Origin: the human T2T-CHM13v2.0 reference genome, Homo sapiens
Assembly: GCF_009914755.1 (NCBI RefSeq)
Contig: NC_060931.1
Direction: 5' to 3' (one strand)
DNA: 64,000 nt
Of the stretch, positions 55,278-64,000 are shown in pieces (the stretch's first letter is position 1; each line of letters begins with the position of its first letter). The translations under genes were made by a program, and so were the position numbers. The notes beneath the pieces are model-generated. The model saw nothing but the letters and a program-made list of their open reading frames with translations. It did not search any database and was not told the DNA's origin.

Positions 55278-58200
55278 AATATTAAGGTCCTGAGTATTAA
55301 AATTCTATTCCCTTGCCTTTGTGCTGTATCATCTACAAGTTATGTTACAGAGGCATGAGAGGCATGATATTGCAAACTGATACTTTGTTTACTGATAAAT
55401 GGATAGCTAAAACCTGGCTTAGTAATAACTTTGTTGTACTATGATGTAAGAAACAAACAAAACAAAACAAAATAAACTCTCATGGGCAGAGGCTTAATCA
55501 TCTTTCTAACGGCAGTAGGGGAAAGGGATCTTCATCACTTGCTGGTTTTATGGCAAGTGTTGCTGGAGTTTTTCTCTTCTTTTGGCCTCCATCGTAACAA
55601 GGGCAGAGCCATGAAGGAAGCATGGATTGGATACCATGCTTCCGAACAGAAAGTTTTCCAGCCTAGCCCTTCGCTACTCTCAAAGTAGCAAAAGTATGTG
55701 TGGGATTGGGGTGCTAGAGATGGGGTGGCTGGCAGGGACAACTCTCTCTCTAACCTTTTAGTATGCATTGCAGACCCTTTCTGTGTCATTAGATAATGCC
55801 TATTTTATTGCTGTAGCACTTCTCTAAATTTAGCAAATATTTCGGTTTCATATCAAATTATTTTATATCAAATCAGTATCTTCAGGAGAGAGCCAATTTC
55901 CTTCTCTGACTAATGGCATAATACTCACTGACTTGTATGTGACTCTGCATATGTTTTCTATATTATGGTAGAGTTAGGTTTGTTTATTTGTTTTGTGGCC
56001 TTTCAGCACAACTTAAAATTATTAGGTATTCTTGAAAAATTGTCCACTGTTTAGTGCAAGAAATGTATGTGGGAGGGAAGATTAGGGATCGTATTTTTTT
56101 GCCATATAGTGTTTTGATCTAGAATTAGGTTTGTTTATAAAACCAGTATTAGATAGTAGATAGACTTTTCTGCTATGCTTGGTTCTATTTCCTAGAAACA
56201 CATGGATGTATATATTTTACTATGGTAAAGTAGGTAAATTACTCACTTTGAAATTGTGATCCACAAATGGTTTCTATGAATACCTTTAAGAATATTTTGG
56301 AATACAGTTTTTTATTAACTAATTGCCACTGTTTCAGATTCAGATGGTGTGCTAATATCAGAATCTTTCCTTTTCAGTATCAAACTCGAGATTTTGACAG
56401 GCGAATGCTAACCTCAGTCACACTGGATAAAACTCAGATGAAAAGCAGGCATTTGCATTTTAGCAATGAGAAAAGCAAATCTTATCAGAGACCTTTTCCC
56501 ATGTGGAGCTGATTCCTTTGAATCTGTTAAGAATTCTTCCCAGAATTAGAAACAAACCTATACTTTTAGGTACATGTTTGTACAGTGGTTTGATTATTAA
56601 ATCTTGTCTTAATTAGGCAAAATGAAGACCAGAAAACTTCAAAGTCCAAAGCTGATCTTTATATGTTAACCTCTCTCAGCTTGGGTGTTTAGATGACTCA
56701 AGCAGGTCGCCAGTTGGCTTTTCTCCAAGGATGTATTCCATATGTTTCATCAAGTTGGCATATTCACGTTGGGTATTCTCCAGATTTTGAAAATATTTTA
56801 CCTGCCCTCAGTTGTCTAAGGGGACAGAGAGGAAGCTTATTAAAGAAAATATCAAACCCATGTCCTATCCTGAAATATTCACAATAGAACGCTTAAGAAG
56901 TGAGTGGCTACTGTTCACCTGCTTCCGTGACGTGACAAGGATGTTTATTTCACATTGGGTCAGATTCATAACTTAGATGCCCAAAGCTAACATGTTTCTG
57001 TATAATATATTGCTGTATACTTGATTTAACCATTTAGAATGCCCATTAGTAAGAAATCACCACAGAAATTTTATCATTTTTCCCCATTTCCATGGATGAA
57101 CCTTTATGAAACCCATTCATACTGAAGCGATGGTCCTTACTCTTGAGATACTTATAGCAGGAAATACAGGCACACATGAAGATGTTGACATACAAATGAC
57201 ATATTTAAATATATCTTCTTTTATTTCCTTTTTATGATTCTTTTTTGAGGAATTTAGAGAAACAAAAAATGAAGTGGGAACAAGAAAATATAAGTAGGAT
57301 TATTTCTAAACCTGTATCAGATTAAATATGATGGGCTTCCTGGTATAAAATTTGTAGTAATGTGTTTGAATTACTAATAATCTTTAGAAGAATTAGAAAC
57401 AAAGCTATATAGTTTTAGGGGCATGGGTGATGCAAGGATTGACTTATTAAATTTGAAAGAGTTTTTCATATCTTGCTATTATTTTAATGTGTTTATAAAA
57501 TATTCATGTTCAGTGTAACTACATAATGTAACTGTTATTAATCATACAAAATAATTTACCTACTTGTTGCCTTATACTTTAATATCATATTTGGGATATT
57601 TGTGGGATAGTTGTGTGTTCTAAGATTATTTGCCTCTTACAGTTACGGTGTAAGTGTTCAAGGGCTTAGCAGAAATATCCCTGGAATGGGCTTGTATAGT
57701 ATTTATACTGTTATATCTGCCAGTAAATAATGGGGAAAGTCAGAAAGGAGAGTGCTGGGCTGGAGAGGAAACCCTGTGAGAATGATTTATCTCTGCTCAT
57801 GAGTTTGAATATTCTATTTTTCACTGAAACTGTTTTGAGAAGTTTAATCATAAAGAAATCAAGGCTTACAACATTTGATCTTTTGTTTTCTGAGACATTT
57901 TACAAATCAGAAATGCATTAAACAGGTTCTATTGCTAATATATGGTATTAATATTTTTGTGCAATGATGTCATTGCACATTCATTTATATCATTTTTCCC
58001 CAATACCATGGAAGAACCTTTTCAAAAAATCAAGAGTTTCTTTATACCAGCATCAAGGGAAGACTGATGCTTTTGCCAGTACACCTTGCTTTTCTGATTG
58101 GAGGAAAAAAGAGTTTCTAAAGTAGAACTTCCCTCAAATACAAAATATCAAACAAAAAGTAATAAGGTATTGGTAATTTTCTCCTGGGCCCATTTCAAGT

Positions 58201-58785
58201 TTAAATATTACCACAGGATTTTTTTTCTGGTGAAATAAAACTGTAATTGATTAAAACAGAATACGTAACAGTTGTTTAGACATACTGATGATTTTAAAGA
58301 AGTATTCTAAGCACTGCCTAAAAAATAAAAGGGCAAATCTCTAGTCACTTCACTATTTGAATGATATATAGAAAATTTTCAAAATCTCTTTAGGCATTTT
58401 TGTTGTGAGGTAATTTGACATAGATCTCTGCCATGCCCCATCCCCTTGACAACATTATTCTTTATTTCTCTGTTATAGTATTAATAGAATTGCACTGATT
58501 CATGCCTAGCAGTTTCTATTTTAACTAGAATATTAATATCTTTATTAATATCTGTTTTTCATATTCATTCCATTAAATCCATAAGAGCAGGAATTTTAAG
58601 AAAATTCATACTTTGTTTAGTAGTTACTTTAATGAATTATTAATCTATGTATGGATGCGTTAAACAAATCATTAAATACTGTGTGCAGACACAGTTTTAA
58701 GCACTAAGAAAACAACCTTCAGTGTCCTCATGGAGCTTATAGGATGGGGAGCAGGAAGTGAATTATTGAAATAAACAGTAATACA

Positions 58786-59111
<326 letters not shown>

Positions 59112-60479
59112 TTAGGAAAGGAGACATAAGAAAGAAAACTGATATCTTTAAGGAAATAAAATTTGAGTTAATTACTTCTCTGGATTATCTTGTTCTTATT
59201 ATATCTCACTCCCTTTCTTTTTCTTTCTTGCTTGCTCGCTTGTTCTCTTGCTTTCTTCCTTTCTTATATGCTCTGTGATAAATATCTTGTGCATTCCTAT
59301 GACTGGCTATCAGCCAACACTTTTTTAAAAACTTACATAAATCATGAGATGATATCTTATATATGCCAAGGTTCGGTCTAGATATAAGTATTTATTATAT
59401 ATTTATTACTGTGATACTTAGGCATTTTGACATGAGTGCTATTTTATCATAATAAAAATATATCTAAGACAAGACCAGTAAATGTGAGGTCAAGCAGATG
59501 TACTGTGTTGCCCTTATTAAAACAGGTAGATGTTATGTTTATGTTCTGACAAGCAAGGCATGAATATAATTATGCTCAAATGCTGGATCTGAGCAAATGG
59601 AGAGCTTTCATTAGCTTTTGGAAGAGAATTTGACTGTTTATTTGAGTAGTATCTGTATTATTCCTTTTTTGACATAATTTTCTAACATGAATGTTATATA
59701 TTCTCTGAAATCCTCTTGATTTATACCCATTCCCTGTCCCCAACCCTCCATCCACAGTAACCTAAGAGAGTATATTCCTTCATGCTTGTGGTCACATACA
59801 AACATAGCATGCATGCCTGTGTGTGTGTTAATGTGTTGCCTTGTGAAGTGTCCCTGAAGGCAGTTATAATGTAGAACTATTTTGTGCACTATTGAAAAAA
59901 GTATAAGTTTTGAGAAGGAGATTAATTAGAAGAACAATTCTTTACATGTGTCTGTATTCCAAAAGTTTACATTTTTTTAAAGTTATACTTCATATTCTCA
60001 AACAGATACTTTATATTAGCTGTATTCTAATGTAATTCTATCCATGGCTTACTTGTAAGCAAATTAAATGTTAAGTATAATTACACAAGGGCCATTTACC
60101 CACTTTTGACTTTTTGCTGCACCTACTTCTTCTAGTGTACCTCTTCCTCCCCTTGTTTTAGGCACTGTGCATCTTTTCAGCACCTTCTCCATAGATACCT
60201 TAGGGTAGGGTCATTTAAAAACTATCAGCTCACTTTTATATGGAGGATCTACTATAAGCTGGACTCCATACCAGAATTCTTACGTCTATCTTCCCTTCAA
60301 CCTTAACAACTCACTCTTTTTTAGTTCAAGAAAATTAATTTTACAGGGCTGAAGTAGATTGAGCAAGGTGGCAGGGCTAGTGCAGAGCTGAAATCCTAAC
60401 ATAGGTTGTATGACACAAAAGCCTGTCCTTAATCATTTGTGCTTATGATTACAGTCTTATTTTATGACCAAGCAGGAAA

Positions 60480-60930
60480 CCGGCTTTTCCTAATTTTATT
60501 TTTGTCTAAAAGTAGAAAATTCACAGTTAAAAACAAGGCAAACAAACATTAAAAAAAATAGGGTGATCTTATTTTTCTTTTGCACCGGTTTAGATTTGCC
60601 ACGATGAAGAAATCCCCTTTCCCAGCTCTGCCTCCCAACTTCACACACATTGACCTCCTTCAAGTTACTCACTTGGCAGTCTTTGCACGTGGACCTGACG
60701 GTGAGACATTCAGATATCCTGTTGGATTATAAGGCTTTCCAAACGGTGCAGAGTGAATGCAGTACAGAGCCAACTACAGCCAGGCCACATTTCATTCCTT
60801 TCTCGCATGTTGTCACATTGCCGTTGTTTTAGATTGGACAAACATCTTCTCACGGAAGTTCTGGGCAAGCCTGAAGCTGGAAGTTACCGACTTCATCAGG
60901 TTCAACTGAAATGCAAATGTTGGCATCTCA
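60480..60930. promoter_or_regulatory. Candidate intronic regulatory element (CpG-retaining, motif-dense, no recognisable repeat)
   Basis: 10 CpG in ~410 bp; CACGTG at 60686, CATTCC at 60793, ATTGG at 60833, CGGAAGT at 60853, ATGCAAAT at 60911. Confidence 0.35.
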
Positions 60931-62535
60931 TCTATGGGTGGTTGGAAAATGCCTTGTTTTATGTTTTGAAAAATGGATGAGTAGAAACTGGAACTGGGCT
61001 TTCATTTAGGAAAGTAGGCATTAGTGTTGTCAGGTTTAATTTCTCTCCATCCATTTGACAGCTTGTTTCCATGCAGGGTCTTTTAATCACCAATTTAGGA
61101 TTACATTTTGCCCATTACATGGATAGTATGTCCAAAAACTTTAGCAAGCATTGAAAGGCAGTCTTAATTTTATAACAGTAAAAAGCCTCCTAGATTATTT
61201 ATCTATCTATAGAGGTTTATAAAAGAAACTTTGACGTTACCCTTAAATCGATGTTATTCTGAGATAATTGGCCCAATATAAATAGATTCTTTTAAATACG
61301 TAGTACTAGGTCTCCAAAAAAATCCACTTATAGAATACCAGCTTATATCATCACAAGGAATTCATATAGATGTATTTCACTATATAATTACAAGTTGATG
61401 GTTTCTAACATACAGAAAGTGGCTTGTTGCTTTATTATTAGATGTGATGAAATCCTGTGTTTGGAAAAGAAACAAAATGACCATTTCAGTGGATTAATGT
61501 GCAGCATTCATAAACATTCCCAGTGCTGCTTTCATAACTTGGAGACCAAGGGAAGGGACCTAGACCTTTCCTTTTCACTCTGCACTGTTAATCTAGTCAG
61601 AGACGCTTTTATTGAATGAGAAAAACAATAGTTGGACATGACTATGAGGTAAGAAAACGGGGGGAAGAAAAATATCTGGGGAATTAAACCACGTGAATTG
61701 TTTGATTGATGTTGATTCCAGGCAGTTCAAAGGGAAAGGGAAGCTAAATAATTTGGTTGTTTCCCAACCTTGACAAGTAGTTTCATGTGACAGAATGAAA
61801 AAATTAGGTCTTGCTAAGGAATTTTTAATATAGTTAAGTGATTTGTAGACATGAAAACTGCCAGTGGGTAGCAGTCTCTTTTTTTTTTTTTTGCATATTT
61901 TGGTAGCTTGCAAGTTCCTGGTTTTAGTTCTTTTTTCCTGTATCTTTCAGCTCTTCCTCTAACTACTTATGAAATCTGAGGAACTACAGTGACCCTGAAA
62001 TGTCATCTGGTCTAGAGTATTCCTCTTCCTGCAGGCAGAATTGCATCCAGAGCTATTCTCTCATATCTTAAATGTACTGCTGCTCTCTTGCTATTAACCT
62101 AGTTGTATCAGCTAGCAATATAAAGTCCTGCAACAGTCTCCGGTCATGGAATAATTGATGATGTTCCACAAAGACTTATCTATTAACAACCATTACACTT
62201 CATTCTGGAAATGAAAATAAAGAAGGCATGTTCTTTCCCTTGAGTGGCTCAAAGACCTGTAAACAGATCATTATAATCAAATATGATTCTATCAAATGCA
62301 TAGCTCACATGAATTGCAAAATCTATCATCTTGATAGATTTTTCAAGAGAAGTTTCTGAGGTCTTGCACAATTATTTGTTTTGCAATATTGGTCAAGATA
62401 TTCAACCTTTTTGTTTAATAATTCCATAAACAGCAAATTTTTGAGGTTTACAGTGAGGATTACATGAGAGAACATATCTGAAAATGCTTTGTAAACATGA
62501 TAAGCACCACTAAAATCTTATACAGTATTTATATT

Positions 62536-63090
62536 CTTCCAAATCTTAGCTATTGTGGACAGTGCTGTGACAAACATAGGAGTGCAGATATCTCTTTGAT
62601 ATACTGATTTCCTTTCTTTTAGGTATATGCCTAGCAGTAGGATTGCTGGATCATATGGTAGCTCTATTTTTAGTTTCTTGAGGAACCTCCAGACTGTTCT
62701 CCATAGTGGCTGTACTAATTTACATTCCCACCAACAGCGTACGACGGTTCCCCTTTCTCCACGTGCTCACCTGCATTCATTACGGGTCCATCTTTTGGAT
62801 AAAAGCATTTTAACTGGGGTGAGATGATGTCTCATTGTAATTTTGATTTTCATTTCTCTGATGGTTAATGATGTTCAACATTTTTTCATATGGTGTTGGC
62901 CATTTGTATGTCTTTTGAGAAGTGTCCATTCATCTTTTGTCCGTTTTAAAATCAGATTATTAGATTTTTTTCCTGTTGTTTGAGTTCCATATATATCCTG
63001 GTTATTAATCTCTTGTCAGAGGGGTAATTTGCAAATATTTTCTCCCATCCTGTGGGTTTTAGCTTCATTTTGCTGATTGTTTCCTTTGTT
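62536..63090 (-). mobile_element. L1MA (MA1-3-like) ORF2 C-terminal fragment
   Basis: GGAGTGCAGATATCTCTTTGATATACTGATTTCC...GGATTGCTGGATCATATGGTAGCTCTATTTTTAG...TTACATTCCCACCAACAG. Confidence 0.88.
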
Positions 63091-63539
63091 GGTCACTGTG
63101 TTTAATTGGGTTTGCCCTGCTTTCCAGTTTACCAAAGTAAGGAATTGATCAATGGGGGAAATGGCGATGTTTATGAGTTGGGAGAGAGTGATTCATTGGT
63201 TTGAGATTTTGTCTATTCTGAGACCCATTCCCAAATCATCAATGATTAGCAAAGAAAATAAGGATGCCTTTCCACACTGTGCCTCTATTTTCTACTCTTA
63301 AAGAGAAAAGGAGGAAAACTTGGGCAGAAAGTATACTGTCACCTGAAGGATCCTAAAGATTATCAGGGAAAGAATCCTATTAGGTAATTTTTAAAAGGAC
63401 ATAAAATTATGCAGTGCTATAAAAGAAGGGAAAACTGCTTATTTTTGTCCTAGTTAAGAACACTGCCCCAACCCCTGCCAAGAAATCTTGGTTAAGAATT
63501 CCACACTCTTGCTGAGGATTGTATGTTTTGAAAATTCAG

Positions 63540-64000
63540 TCTTCCTCTTTCTACTTTTGCTCCCTAAATCCAGTCTTCCATAGCAGCCAGAATGATCATT
63601 TCAAATGCAAACCAAATCATGTTATGGTTAAAACACCCTACTTGCTCCCTCTTGTTTGTAGGATAAAATCCAAACACTTTTACATGGCCTACAAGGCTGT
63701 CATGATCTGATTCTTGCCTCCTCCCTTGCCTTCATCATCTCCTCCCTTCCCTCTCTCTCTAGGCTCCAGCCACACTGGCCCCCTCTCTTATCTTTGAGGA
63801 ATCTCCTTCCACCTCCAGGAGCTGCGCCAGCCACTATTTTGTGTGGAAGGCTCAACCTCCACGTCTTCTCACGGTTTGATTGTGTTTTGGGGTCTGTCTC
63901 AGCTCAAACCTTACCTGTTGAGAGGGGTCTTTATTGCCCATCCAAACAAGAGTAAACACAAACACCCACCTGCTCACCCCTTCTTTCAGCTCCCTATCAC
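63540..64000 (+). mobile_element. L2a-like fragment running off the window end
   Basis: AGCAGCCAGAATGATCATTTCAAATGCAAA...ATAAAATCCAAAC...ATGGCCTACAAGGC...CTCCAGCCACACTGGCC. Confidence 0.8.

Overview
Primate genomic DNA (human or great ape, judged by AluY/AluS/AluJ and L1PA content), AT-rich and lying entirely inside the class IIa histone deacetylase gene HDAC9 on the + strand. Five internal coding exons (35188-35319, 40465-40580, 50502-50624, 53616-53829, 54297-54514; conventionally exons 7-11) have canonical AG/GT ends and consistent phases. They splice into 803 nt of the N-terminal adaptor region, covering the first 14-3-3 phospho-Ser and NLS, a Ser/Pro linker, the PSLPNI motif and the RTQSAP 14-3-3 site. 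The rest is intron: a ~7 kb ancient antisense L1MC-type element, a twin-primed inverted L1PA, eight dimeric-type Alus plus one FLAM, MER3, MER20, MLT1D, an LTR33-like LTR, and MIR/L2 relics. I found no evidence of a new gene system, and the short ORFs in the track are repeat-derived or chance. The best unexplained signals are a 34/36-identical direct repeat bracketing the symmetric PSLPNI exon, five GAS motifs in 279 bp, a CFTR-like (TG)n-Tn acceptor, and two candidate cryptic exons. All of these are hypotheses that need checking. Repeat subfamily calls come from remembered consensus sequences, not from a search.
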